This document shows positions 1 through 9,706 of a stretch of 64,000 nt of DNA, piece after piece. The DNA lies in assembly GCA_965116925.1 (NCBI GenBank), contig OZ220744.1, positions 2,176,001 through 2,240,000 on the forward strand. The letters are read 5' to 3'. Origin of the DNA: Candidatus Poribacteria bacterium. Lineage in GTDB: Bacteria; Poribacteria; WGA-4E; PCPOR2b. Every line of letters begins with the position of its first letter. Within the stretch, counting starts at the first letter, position 1. The notes below the pieces were generated by a model. It did no database searches and was not told the origin of the DNA. It worked only from the letters and a program-made list of their open reading frames with translations. Made by a program: the position numbers and the translations under genes.

Positions 1-1
1 A

Positions 2-1741
2 TTGAATCAATTCATGCGATGCACAGTACGAAATACGCGATATGCAACTTATTTGGGAGGTATCGCGTTTTACGTTCTCATGGTATTAGGATTTATAAGT
101 TGTGCCGCAACGGTGGATCCAATTCTGCTTGAATCAAGCCTGAATGACACACAACGGGCTATCTCTGAAGCGCGGCAGTTAGGAGCGGAAGAATATGCTG
201 CCGAAACATTCAACAAGGCGTCACGGCTATTTGAAGGGGCGCGACAAGCCCAACGTGATGGCGACGGAATTCTGAGCATAGAGTTAGCGTTTTGGGCGGG
301 GCTGGAGGCTCAGATTGCGGGTGCACAGGCGCGTCAACGAATCGCTCAGAACCGGATTGACGAAGCAGACGCGGAAGCACTGAGAGCTATGATTCAGGAG
401 ATGGAGTATAAGACCCAATCGGCCCAAGTCCGTCAGTTGATTGCCGAAGAGAAGACGAGGCGGGCTTTGGCTAGGGCACTCCGGGCGGAGCAGCAAGCGA
501 TAGCTGCTCACGAGGAATCAATTCAAGCGAGGAAAGATGCCCAAAACGCCCTGCTCCGATCACAGATACAGATTGGTATTGATAAGGTAGAGCTTGTACT
601 TAATGATGCAAAGGGAACAGGTGCGCTCACGTATGCTTCAGATGACTACCAAACAGCGAGGAATCTGATTGCTCAAACGCGCGCTGCGCTCTCACAAGAT
701 AATTTTGATGAGGCGAAATCGCTCGCAACAGAAGCGGAAAGCTACGCAAACAGGGCGAGAATTGCAGCCGTTGCCGGAAAGAATGCCGCTGTTAGTGAAT
801 CACAGGCGGCAAAGCTGGAAGCACACACAAATGCAAAGGTAGCAATTGCCCGGGCACAATTTGAAATAGATCGGGCTGAGAAGGTTAGTGCATTTGAGCA
901 TGCAGCGGAACTCTTTCAACGCTCCATCGCCAGCCTTGAAGGTGCAAATATGGCACTGGTAGGAGAGCAGTACGATCGAGCGTTGCAACTCGCAGCGCAG
1001 GCTGAAAGCAGTGCCCACGATGCCTTCACTACCGCAGAACCGATTGAGCGCGAACGCCTCGCAAAGGAAGCGTTGGAGGAGCAAATCGCTCAAGCCAAAG
1101 ACGCGGTCTTCCGAGCGGAAGAAGCACTGAACCAGAAAGCATCAATAGCAAAAACTCTCCTCCCTTCACTCCACGAACAGGCGAAAACGCTACTCGCAGA
1201 TGCCACGCAGGCGATTGTGGATGAAAATTACGATCACGCGATTGAAAAGGGGCGGCAGAGCTACGACCACCTGATCACTGCGATTGAAAAGGGGAAAGAG
1301 ATTGAAGCGATTGAAACCCAGATTCTAGAGGCAGCGACAGCGGTTCCTGACGCGGAGACAGGACGTAGTGAAAAGGGTGCACTCATTCGATTCAGCGGAG
1401 ACCTTTTCCAACAAGGAAGTTCAGAAATCAACCCGAAATTCCTCCCCAAAATTGGTCAACTTGCTGAGGTGCTCAAAGCATTTGCCGACTACAAAGTGCG
1501 AATTGAAGGACATAGCGACAGCAGTGGGGGAACAGATGTGAATCTAAGATTGACGCAGAGGCGTGCCGATGCGTTCATGAAGTACCTCGCTGAAGAATGC
1601 GGTATTCCCATGGAACGGATGACTGCCCTCGGTTTGGGTGAAGATCATCCCATTGCAGACAACAATTTTCGGGCGGGCAGGGATAGGAATCGACGGATTG
1701 ATACGATCCTTCTGACGAGGGAGATAGAAATCCAAGAATAA
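2..1741 (+). CDS. OmpA-family (peptidoglycan-binding) lipoprotein with a long Ala/Glu-rich helical region of DUF4398-like repeats; start uncertain (near window edge)
   Basis: Hydrophobic stretch ending LGFISC (lipobox-like); repeated A..A.GA..YA..F..A units; C-terminal IEGHSDSSG...NLRLTQRRA...GRDRNRRID OmpA_C motifs. Confidence 0.88.
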   Translation: MNQFMRCTVRNTRYATYLGGIAFYVLMVLGFISCAATVDPILLESSLNDTQRAISEARQLGAEEYAAETFNKASRLFEGARQAQRDGDGILSIELAFWAGLEAQIAGAQARQRIAQNRIDEADAEALRAMIQEMEYKTQSAQVRQLIAEEKTRRALARALRAEQQAIAAHEESIQARKDAQNALLRSQIQIGIDKVELVLNDAKGTGALTYASDDYQTARNLIAQTRAALSQDNFDEAKSLATEAESYANRARIAAVAGKNAAVSESQAAKLEAHTNAKVAIARAQFEIDRAEKVSAFEHAAELFQRSIASLEGANMALVGEQYDRALQLAAQAESSAHDAFTTAEPIERERLAKEALEEQIAQAKDAVFRAEEALNQKASIAKTLLPSLHEQAKTLLADATQAIVDENYDHAIEKGRQSYDHLITAIEKGKEIEAIETQILEAATAVPDAETGRSEKGALIRFSGDLFQQGSSEINPKFLPKIGQLAEVLKAFADYKVRIEGHSDSSGGTDVNLRLTQRRADAFMKYLAEECGIPMERMTALGLGEDHPIADNNFRAGRDRNRRIDTILLTREIEIQE

Positions 1742-1786
1742 GGGTAGCTGCCGAATTTGCACATTTTCACGGAGGCTTGAAAGCAC

Positions 1787-2086
1787 GTGTCAAATCAAGA
1801 TACATTTCAAAAGATTGAACCGTTCATTGTCCACCAAATCGCGCTAAGTCTGTTCGGAGATCGGTATATCATCATTTACGATAACACGATTCAATTTCAT
1901 AGTCATTGCTATCATGTCAAGCAGATCGAGGATACAACACACCTATACACCGGACACTATTATCTGATGGATGCTAACACACGGTTGGCGATGCAGACTG
2001 ATGAGGACTTCGCCACACCGGGCAGTTACGGGGCAATCTTTGACTCGGCTACAGGTGAAATCGTTGGTTATGATGAGGAGGGGTAA
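1787..2086 (+). CDS. Hypothetical protein (99 aa)
   Basis: GTG start with upstream GGAGG; fills the gap between the OmpA gene and the tRNA promoter. Confidence 0.65.
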   Translation: MSNQDTFQKIEPFIVHQIALSLFGDRYIIIYDNTIQFHSHCYHVKQIEDTTHLYTGHYYLMDANTRLAMQTDEDFATPGSYGAIFDSATGEIVGYDEEG

Positions 2087-2133
2087 CATAGTAGGCTTGA
2101 CTTCATGAGTCTCGGTAAATTTGCACTTTTTGG

Positions 2134-2162
2134 TTGACAAATGCGAGCGTGTTTGATACACT
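2134..2162 (+). promoter_or_regulatory. Sigma70 promoter of the tRNA operon
   Basis: TTGACA (2134-2139), 17-bp spacer, TG-n-TACACT (2157-2162), 13 bp before tRNA-Gly. Confidence 0.85.
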
Positions 2163-2175
2163 TAGAAACACTCTC

Positions 2176-2251
<76 letters not shown>

Positions 2252-2254
2252 TGT

Positions 2255-2329
2255 GGCGGCGTAGCCAAGTGGTAAGGCCGGAGTCTGCAAAACTCCTATG
2301 CGTCGGTTCAATTCCGACCGCCGCCTCCA
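2255..2329 (+). tRNA. tRNA-Cys(GCA)
   Basis: GGCGGCG/CGCCGCC acceptor stem, anticodon loop CTGCAAA, GGTTCAATTCC T-arm, TCCA end. Confidence 0.98.
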
Positions 2330-2340
2330 TTTCTTCATAC

Positions 2341-2414
2341 GGGCGGTTAGCTCAGGTGGTTAGAGTGCTTGCTTGACATGCAAGAGGTCACTGGTTCAAA
2401 TCCAGTATCGCCCA
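2341..2414 (+). tRNA. tRNA-Val(GAC), CCA not encoded in register
   Basis: GGGCGGT/ATCGCCC acceptor stem, CTTGC-TTGACAT-GCAAG anticodon arm, GGTTCAAATCC T-arm. Confidence 0.97.
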
Positions 2415-2432
2415 TCCATACCATTTCACATT

Positions 2433-2456
2433 AAAGAGCCGAAAGGCTCTTTTTTT
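2433..2456 (+). terminator. Rho-independent terminator of the tRNA operon
   Basis: AAAGAGCC-GAAA-GGCTCTTT followed by a T run. Confidence 0.9.
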
Positions 2457-2544
2457 ATTGAAGAACACTTGAGGAACGGGAGTTTACACAGATTAGGCAG
2501 AAGTTGAAGCGAGTCGTAAGAGACGATAAACACTGGAGAGGATT

Positions 2545-4362
2545 ATGGAAAACTCAGAAAGAGATCTGCTTTATAAGATCAGACACAGCACCGCGCATGT
2601 GATGGCGCAAGCGGTCATGGAGCTTTATCCAGACGCCAAACTCGCTATTGGTCCTCCGATTGAAAACGGGTTCTATTACGATTTTGATCTCGGCAGCGAC
2701 AGCGACGGGAAACCGCAGGCATTTTCGCCGGAAGACCTAGAGCAAATTGAGAAGCGCATGCGACAAATCGTCGCTGGGAAACACGAGTTTAGTTATCGAG
2801 AAATCAATCCCGACGAGGCACGCGAACTATTCAAGGATCAACCCTATAAGTTGGAGTTGATAGATGGACTAATCGAAGGCAATGTCGATGAATATGGTGC
2901 TTCGACCGATGAGACACCGGTTTTGAGTACCTACCGACAGGACACTTTTGAAGATCTCTGCCGCGGTCCTCACGTCGGGGACACAGGCGAGATTCGACCG
3001 GATGCCTTTAAGCTTTTGACGGTTGCCGGTGCATATTGGCGGGGCGATGAAAACAGCGCCATGCTTCAGCGCATCTACGGCACAGCGTGGCACACCAGAG
3101 ACGAACTCAAGCAGCACCTTCAAATGCTTGAGGAGGCGAGAAAGCGAGACCATCGAAAACTAGGCAGGGAGTTAGAAATCTTTATCTTTGACGAAGACGT
3201 TGGGCCGGGGCTTCCCCTATGGCTGCCAAATGGCGGTATCGTTATCGAAGAGCTAGAAACGCTGGCGAAAGAGATGGAGGAGAAGCGAGGATACGATCGG
3301 GTTAGGACGCCTCACCTCGCCAAAGATGCACTGTTTGAGCGGACTGGTCACCTCTCGCACTATGCCGAGAGTATGTACCCACCGATGGAGATGGAGGGCG
3401 TGCGTTACTACATGAAACCGATGAACTGTCCATTCCATCACAAGATTTTTGATAGCAAGCCGCGTAGCTATCGCGATTTGCCGCTTCGCTTAGGCGAATA
3501 CGGCACCTGCTATCGTTTTGAAAAGAGTGGTGAACTCTTTGGGCTCATGCGGGTGCGGTCCATGCAGATGAACGATGCACACATTTACTGCTCTGAAGAT
3601 CAGTTTGAAGAGGAGTTTATGGGGGTCGTTGACTTATACCTCGAATATTTCCGAATCTTCGGCGTCGAGAAATATGTGATGCGCCTGAGTACGCACCACA
3701 AAGCTGGACTCGGTAAAAAGTATATCGACAATGAACCGATGTGGCTCAAAACCGAAGAGATGGTTCGTAATGCGATGAGGAATGGTAATGTGCCCTTTGT
3801 TGAAGTTCCCGATGAAGCGGCTTTCTACGGTCCCAAAATTGACGTGCAGATTTGGAGTGCTATTGGCAGGGAGTTTAGCCTTGCCACAAATCAGGTCGAT
3901 TTTGCTGTACCGGCGCGATGTGATCTGAGTTTTGTTAATAGTGCTGGTGAGTCTGAAATCCCGATATGTCTGCATCGTGCCCCACTGGGTACGCATGAGC
4001 GGATGATCGGTTTCCTGCTTGAGCATTATGCCGGTAAATTTCCCGTCTGGCTCTCACCGGAACATGCGCGTGTAATTCCAATCAACGACAGCCACAATGA
4101 CTATGCCCAGAAAATTGCTGAGAGGTTGAGGGAAGCCAAAATTCGCGCCCAAGCGGATCTGGGACCTGACCGCATGAATGCGAAAATCCGTCAAGCCCAG
4201 TTGATGCAGGTGCCTTATATGCTCGTCGTTGGGGACAGAGAGGTTGAAGGCAGCACGGTTTCCGTCCGGAAACGAGATGGGGCACGTCAGAACGGCTTGC
4301 CTGTGGAAGAATTTGTAGCCGCGGTCCAAGAGCGCATTGCAACCCGGTCGAACGAACTATAG
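2545..4362 (+). CDS. thrS: Threonine--tRNA ligase (short form without N-terminal TGS domain)
   Basis: RHSTAH, DLCRGPH, GAYWRG, RDHRKLG, KPMNCP, FYGPKID motifs. Confidence 0.98.
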   Translation: MENSERDLLYKIRHSTAHVMAQAVMELYPDAKLAIGPPIENGFYYDFDLGSDSDGKPQAFSPEDLEQIEKRMRQIVAGKHEFSYREINPDEARELFKDQPYKLELIDGLIEGNVDEYGASTDETPVLSTYRQDTFEDLCRGPHVGDTGEIRPDAFKLLTVAGAYWRGDENSAMLQRIYGTAWHTRDELKQHLQMLEEARKRDHRKLGRELEIFIFDEDVGPGLPLWLPNGGIVIEELETLAKEMEEKRGYDRVRTPHLAKDALFERTGHLSHYAESMYPPMEMEGVRYYMKPMNCPFHHKIFDSKPRSYRDLPLRLGEYGTCYRFEKSGELFGLMRVRSMQMNDAHIYCSEDQFEEEFMGVVDLYLEYFRIFGVEKYVMRLSTHHKAGLGKKYIDNEPMWLKTEEMVRNAMRNGNVPFVEVPDEAAFYGPKIDVQIWSAIGREFSLATNQVDFAVPARCDLSFVNSAGESEIPICLHRAPLGTHERMIGFLLEHYAGKFPVWLSPEHARVIPINDSHNDYAQKIAERLREAKIRAQADLGPDRMNAKIRQAQLMQVPYMLVVGDREVEGSTVSVRKRDGARQNGLPVEEFVAAVQERIATRSNEL

Positions 4363-4390
4363 AGAACACCTGAAGAAGACGGTGAAAACC

Positions 4391-5563
4391 ATGAAACGCA
4401 TATACCTAGACCATAACGCAACAACCCCAGTTCACCCGGAAGTACTTGAGGCGATGCTTCCCTTTATGGTGGGCCAGTTTGGCAACGGTTCGAGCATCCA
4501 CACCTACGGACGTGAGGCGCGTAATGCGATTGATGATGCCCGTGAACAGGTCGCAGCTCTCATCAACGCCAAGAGCCCGAGCGAAATCGTTTTCACAAGC
4601 ACCGGGACGGAAGCTGATAACTACGCCATCAAAGGGATTGCCGAGTTGCAGCAAAGCCGCAACGGCGGCAACCATATCATCACCTCTTCAATCGAGCATC
4701 ACGCTGTTCTGCATACGTGCCAATACCTTGAAAAACGTGGATTTGAGGTAACGTATCTCCCCGTGGATCGGTACGGACAGATTCAACTCGACGACCTGCG
4801 CGATGCAATTCGGAACGAGACAATCCTTATCTCGATTATGCACGCCAATAATGAAACCGGGGCGATTGAACCGATTGCGGAGGTTTGCGAAATCGCTCAA
4901 GAACGTCGTATTCCTGTCCATACGGATGCCGTGCAGTCCGTTGGCAAACTACCTGTTGATGTTCAGGGGTTGGGAGTTAGTATGCTTTCACTTTCGGCGC
5001 ACAAGATTTACGGTCCAAAAGGCATCGGTGCGTTATACCTTCGACGTGGCACACGATTGGAGAACCTGCTTCACGGGGGTTCACATGAACGGAACCGGCG
5101 GGCGGGTTCGGAGAATGTCCCGTCAATTGTTGGGATTGGTGAGGCGGCAGCATTGGCGAAGAAAGATCGGGAAGCGAATGTTGAACATCTGAATCAATTG
5201 ACGGGCAAGTTGCGTCAAGGGTTGCATGAAGGCATCGATTATATCCATGAGAACAGCGACCCCGAAAACAGTTTACCCGGAACGCTGAATATCTCATTTG
5301 AGTATATTGAGGGGGAAAGCCTCATTTTACGGTTGGATATGGAAGGTATCTGCGTCTCAACAGGTTCAGCCTGCACCTCCGGCTCGATGGAGCCGTCTCA
5401 CGTTTTGGCTGCGCTAGGTCTCCCACCGCAGCTGGCGCAAGGCACCGTCCGGTTTTCGCTAGGCAAAGACAACACCGAGATGGAGATTGATGAAGTCGTT
5501 GAGAAAGTTCCTAAAGTTGTTGAGCAGATGCGGGGGATGTCGCCGGCGTACAAGAAATTATAG
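4391..5563 (+). CDS. iscS: Cysteine desulfurase (IscS/NifS family)
   Basis: YLDHNATT, IEHHAV, SAHKIYGPKG (PLP lysine), STGSACTSG (catalytic Cys); ATG at 4391 chosen. Confidence 0.93.
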   Translation: MKRIYLDHNATTPVHPEVLEAMLPFMVGQFGNGSSIHTYGREARNAIDDAREQVAALINAKSPSEIVFTSTGTEADNYAIKGIAELQQSRNGGNHIITSSIEHHAVLHTCQYLEKRGFEVTYLPVDRYGQIQLDDLRDAIRNETILISIMHANNETGAIEPIAEVCEIAQERRIPVHTDAVQSVGKLPVDVQGLGVSMLSLSAHKIYGPKGIGALYLRRGTRLENLLHGGSHERNRRAGSENVPSIVGIGEAAALAKKDREANVEHLNQLTGKLRQGLHEGIDYIHENSDPENSLPGTLNISFEYIEGESLILRLDMEGICVSTGSACTSGSMEPSHVLAALGLPPQLAQGTVRFSLGKDNTEMEIDEVVEKVPKVVEQMRGMSPAYKKL

Positions 5564-5630
5564 TTTCAAGGGTTGAAGTATACAATAGACAGATACGTTA
5601 TTGAAAAATCAACTAATGGGAGGCAAACTA

Positions 5631-6182
5631 ATGCCAAAGAAACGTGCGAAGAATAAGTATCAGAAGCGGGCGCAGCGGGGCGGCGAAGACCGCTTGCGCG
5701 GCGACAAAATTGACCTTTACCTCTCGATGGCGTATTCGGATGACCCGGAGGACAGGATAGCTGCGATGGACAATCTGTGTCCGTGCCATGTTCGCAGACG
5801 GATTGATGCTGTGTGGGAAGCACTATATCGTGGGCTTCAAGACTCCAATCTCCAAGTTCGCAGAGCAGCATGGCATACGCTCGACGATGGTGGACGACCG
5901 AACGATCCACAGCTGCAGCCAATCCTCGAAAAGATTGCAAAGAAAGAGACTGATCCGAAACTGCGTCAACGCGCAATCGATCTCATCCAGTCTGCCAGAC
6001 GGTTGAGGGATGAACATCAGGAATTGGTGGCACAGAGAGCGGACTATTTTCGTGGGAAATGTGACTGGTGTGGTGAGGCAGACGTGCAGGTAACTTATGA
6101 TTATGAAACAGAGTTTGAGGGGGCAGACGGTCAGAAAAGATTTGCCCTGATGTGCTCTGATTGTGCAGATGTATCACGTTAA
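5631..6182 (+). CDS. HEAT-repeat protein with CPCH motif and C-terminal CxxC...CxxC putative zinc ribbon
   Basis: GGAGG RBS before ATG 5631; LQDSNLQVRRAA and ETDPKLRQRA HEAT-like units; CDWC...CSDC. Confidence 0.75.
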   Translation: MPKKRAKNKYQKRAQRGGEDRLRGDKIDLYLSMAYSDDPEDRIAAMDNLCPCHVRRRIDAVWEALYRGLQDSNLQVRRAAWHTLDDGGRPNDPQLQPILEKIAKKETDPKLRQRAIDLIQSARRLRDEHQELVAQRADYFRGKCDWCGEADVQVTYDYETEFEGADGQKRFALMCSDCADVSR

Positions 6183-6266
6183 TGTAGAAACCCAAAATTG
6201 CTAGAATTTCACGTGTTTTTACCATCGTAAAAAGCTTCCGGATTTATGGGGTGTCGAACCAAGCCG

Positions 6267-6446
6267 TCAACGCCTGTTGCGGGTCAGCTTATGCACACAG
6301 ATCCAAAAGACTTCGGCAGCACCAAAATTCAAGCATATCAAACGGTTCAATGGAACATTGGCGAAAAGGAAATCGACTTTGTCACTACCGATTTCCACAG
6401 TATATCGCTTGACGAACGCACTAGCATCAAAGTAAAAATAATACAC
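6267..6446 (-). pseudogene. Truncated VapC/PIN-domain toxin (59 aa; below the ORF-track cutoff)
   Basis: Manual translation MYYFYFDASAFVKRYTVEIGSDKVDFLF...GAAEVFWICVHKLTRNRR*; the YFDASA.VKRY..E.GS start is typical of PIN toxins, but about half the domain is missing. Confidence 0.8.
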
Positions 6447-6448
6447 AC

Positions 6449-6775
6449 CTATTTCTCACGTTCTTCAATGATGGCGTGACTGAACTCATTGTCTTCGGCA
6501 CGAATGCCATGGCGCGCCATACTCTTGCGAAGTTCCTCAATGGAGATAGGCTCCACCTCCGCAATTCCCATTTTGTCTAGAAGTTCACGGAAGATTTTAG
6601 CACTCTCTTTTTTATCTGTCCTGTAATGTGCAATTATCTCTGCGCCCGTCTTACAATCCATCGGCGGGTTTGCCACTAATTCATCAACAATCCAAGAGAG
6701 TTGCAGCGTCAATGCTGCAATCGCCTTTTCAGCTCGCTCTAACCGTTCTCCTAGGGTTTCAAGCGTTTCTGCCAT
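6449..6775 (-). CDS. Putative antitoxin (108 aa) upstream of the PIN toxin remnant
   Basis: AGGAGG RBS; C-terminus ...FSHAIIEERE resembles VapB-type S..II..R tails; stop is 2 bp from the toxin GTG. Confidence 0.65.
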   Translation of the reverse strand: MAETLETLGERLERAEKAIAALTLQLSWIVDELVANPPMDCKTGAEIIAHYRTDKKESAKIFRELLDKMGIAEVEPISIEELRKSMARHGIRAEDNEFSHAIIEEREK

Positions 6776-6816
6776 CGTAAAAAACCTCCTTTCATTTTTA
6801 TCTGCTATACGGCGAA

Positions 6817-7647
6817 CTACCACATCACGCGACCATCACAGTTGATGTCCTGCCCCGTCATGCTCGCTGAATCATCAGAGGCGAGAAAGAGTGCCAAGCC
6901 AGCCATCTCTTCGGATCCGGATCCTTTTTCACTATAGCCTTCATCAGCACACCATCTGCCTGCGAGAACGCCTTTCGGATTTGGCTGTCTGATCCGCTCA
7001 CGAAATGCTTCCTCATCAAAGGGTTGGTTCATATATTCTGCCCGCCCTCTCGCCAATTCGACGCTTCTTTCCTCATGCCCGCCCGGGCAGATCGCATTAA
7101 CATTGATATTGTAACGCCCAACATCGGCGGCGAGTGTGCGCGTGAAACCGATCACCCCCATCTTTGAGGTAGCATACGGCGCTCTGTGGGAAAGTGGCTG
7201 TTTACCCGTGCCCGAACTAAAGTTTATAATTTTTCCATATCGTTTCCTTATCATTTCGGGCAGCACTGCCTTACAGCAGAGGAAGTGCGAATCGAGATTG
7301 ACCGCGAGTGTTCGCTTCCACTCCGCTAAAGTCATGTCCCACACATCTTTGGTCGGTCCGGCAATACCAACAACGTTAGCGAGAATATCGACTGTCCCCA
7401 AAGTTTCAATCGTTTCCGTTGCCATCCTGTTTACCTGCTCCTCATCTGAAACATCGGTCTGGAAGCAGAGAACCTTTCCGCCAGCAGTCCTTATCTTTGA
7501 GCCAACCTTCTCCTCCAACGTTGTTACCGGAATCACATCGCATAAGGAAACTGCCGCACCTTCTTCTGCGAATCGCAGGGCAATTGCCTCAGCGTGGCCT
7601 CTACCAGCACCCGTAATCATTGCAATTTTACCATCCAATTTTCCCAT
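6817..7647 (-). CDS. SDR family NAD(P)-dependent oxidoreductase
   Basis: TGAGRGH glycine-rich motif, YATSK catalytic motif, VNAICPG. Confidence 0.93.
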   Translation of the reverse strand: MGKLDGKIAMITGAGRGHAEAIALRFAEEGAAVSLCDVIPVTTLEEKVGSKIRTAGGKVLCFQTDVSDEEQVNRMATETIETLGTVDILANVVGIAGPTKDVWDMTLAEWKRTLAVNLDSHFLCCKAVLPEMIRKRYGKIINFSSGTGKQPLSHRAPYATSKMGVIGFTRTLAADVGRYNINVNAICPGGHEERSVELARGRAEYMNQPFDEEAFRERIRQPNPKGVLAGRWCADEGYSEKGSGSEEMAGLALFLASDDSASMTGQDINCDGRVMW

Positions 7648-7666
7648 CTGAATTGTCCCTCTTTTC

Positions 7667-8698
7667 TTATTGTTCTGGCTGGAGACAAATCTTGCCAAAA
7701 TTTTCCCGCGCTTCTATGATTCGATGTGCTTCTGCTGCTGCTTTTAGCGGCAATACTTGAGCGATAATCGGTGTCAGCTTTCCCTGTTCGGCAAGACGGA
7801 TAATAGTCTGAAGCTCGGAGGTTGTTCCTAGTGCTGATCCCATCAGGGTCAACTGCTTTTGATACATTTTACGGATGTCAATCTCACCGATATTCCCCGT
7901 TGTAACACCGCACGAAACAAGACGCCCTTTTTTTGCGAGGCTTGCGATGCTCTGATCCCATGTTGCTGCCCCAACATGCTCAAAGACAACATCAACCCCT
8001 CGTCCATCTGTCGCATTGTGCACGGCTTCGCTGAAGTCGGTTTGCGTATAGTTGATTGTGAAATCGGCTCCCATCTGACGGGCACGTTCAAGTTTCTCAT
8101 CCGTACTCGCTGTCGCAAAGACTCTTGCGCCGCACAGTTTGGCAATTTGCAAGCCGGCACTCCCAACACCACTACCGGCAGATAAGACCAACACATCATC
8201 GCCGGGACGAACCTGTGCCCGTGCTACAAGCATGTGCCACGCCGTAAGGTAAGCGATAGGAATAGCAGACGCATCAACATATGAGAGGTCAGAGGAAATC
8301 TGAATGGCGTTTTTGGCAGGTGCTTTGACATATTCCGCGTAACCGCCATTGGTTTGAAAGCCCAAAAGCTCCTGAAAATCGCACATATTTTCGTCGCCGT
8401 TGAGGCAATCTGGGCACTGTTCGCAGGGGATACAGGGCGCGAGTACCACTTGATCGCCGACAGCGACGTTGTGAACTTCTGTTCCAACCTCAACCACCTC
8501 CCCGGAGATATCGGATCCGAGGATGTGTGGGAATGGCTGGACTTCCGGGCGATCTCGTCGGGCGCGGATATCGAGGTGGTTTACCGCACACGCCTTGACT
8601 TTGACCAATACTTCTGATGGGGCAATGGCCGGGATAGGGACTTCTTCATAGCGGAGTTTATCAATTCCGCCCTGTTCGTGGAAAATAATCGCTTTCAT
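7667..8698 (-). CDS. Zinc-binding alcohol dehydrogenase/quinone oxidoreductase (MDR family)
   Basis: PHILGSD.SGEV, CEQCPDC...C structural Zn site, AGSGVG, NFGKI C-terminus. Confidence 0.93.
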   Translation of the reverse strand: MKAIIFHEQGGIDKLRYEEVPIPAIAPSEVLVKVKACAVNHLDIRARRDRPEVQPFPHILGSDISGEVVEVGTEVHNVAVGDQVVLAPCIPCEQCPDCLNGDENMCDFQELLGFQTNGGYAEYVKAPAKNAIQISSDLSYVDASAIPIAYLTAWHMLVARAQVRPGDDVLVLSAGSGVGSAGLQIAKLCGARVFATASTDEKLERARQMGADFTINYTQTDFSEAVHNATDGRGVDVVFEHVGAATWDQSIASLAKKGRLVSCGVTTGNIGEIDIRKMYQKQLTLMGSALGTTSELQTIIRLAEQGKLTPIIAQVLPLKAAAEAHRIIEARENFGKICLQPEQ

Positions 8699-8750
8699 GG
8701 AGTTCCTTCGCTCGGTTTGGAGTCGGGTGGGTTATGTCTTCTTATTACGA

Positions 8751-9566
8751 TTAACCGTACGCCCCATGCTCAAGGAATCCCAGCAATCGCCGTAATCGTG
8801 GATTGGCGTCTTTGTAAATATGTTCTGGCATGGTATAGTTCATGAACGGATAATATTTGTGTCCAATCATGCGGCGGGCATAGGTAATTTGTGTAATATA
8901 GCGTGTTCGGTTGCTGCGATTAAGTCCACCATGGTGCCACACCTGATTGTTGAACATGACAACACTGCCAGCTTTTCCTAAGTTGTACTGAATCTTGTTC
9001 TCCCACTCTGTCCCTTCGATTTCAGGGGGCGGACCCGTGCCGTACAGATGGGAGCCGGGAATCACCTCTGTACCACCGTATTTGGCATCGGTCACATCCG
9101 TCAAATAATAGTTTGCCGTAAAAAACATAACAGACAAACGAATATTCTTCGGTGGTTCACCATCTGTAACGGTAAAATGAGGGGCATCATCCTGATGCCA
9201 GCGGGTTATGCCTCCACCCGGAAAACTCTGGAATGAGTTGTTGTGAATGACGTGACAATTCGGGGCGATAAGGGCTTCGGCAAAGCTGACGATGGGCTCT
9301 AAATCAAATAGTTTGAGGTTGGTTTCGCTGGTCTCAAACATTCGGTGTGCGAGTGCGGTGCGCTCATTTACACCATTGTGACCGTTCGGATTTTCTTTTA
9401 ACGCCCAATCCAGATCTGCGCGCATCTGAGCACACCAATCCGGTGGTAGGACATTCTGTAAAAACAGAAAACCATCTCGGTGGAATTGTTCCACCCATTC
9501 CTGAATCTGTTCTTCACTCACAATTTGATTGGCTAAATAGTCTCCATTTTCTGAAATGTGGCTCAT
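8751..9566 (-). CDS. Phytanoyl-CoA dioxygenase (PhyH) family Fe(II)/2-oxoglutarate dioxygenase
   Basis: F.RDGFL, WHQD, GGTEVIPGSH, WHHG..N.S..TR motifs; AAGGAG RBS before ATG 9566. Confidence 0.9.
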   Translation of the reverse strand: MSHISENGDYLANQIVSEEQIQEWVEQFHRDGFLFLQNVLPPDWCAQMRADLDWALKENPNGHNGVNERTALAHRMFETSETNLKLFDLEPIVSFAEALIAPNCHVIHNNSFQSFPGGGITRWHQDDAPHFTVTDGEPPKNIRLSVMFFTANYYLTDVTDAKYGGTEVIPGSHLYGTGPPPEIEGTEWENKIQYNLGKAGSVVMFNNQVWHHGGLNRSNRTRYITQITYARRMIGHKYYPFMNYTMPEHIYKDANPRLRRLLGFLEHGAYG

Positions 9567-9706
9567 AAGCGATCTCCTTGTCAAATCCGGAATATGGGGT
9601 ATGAGCGGTTGTGGTATACCGATACTATAGGTTTGTCGATATCGAATTCCGTTAATAGAGATACATCTGATATCCATTTGTGTAGGTTTAGAAGGGTAAT
9701 GCCCAA

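Noticed and set aside
2457..2544. T-box leader upstream of thrS
   Set aside because: The region is too short and has no T-box motif.
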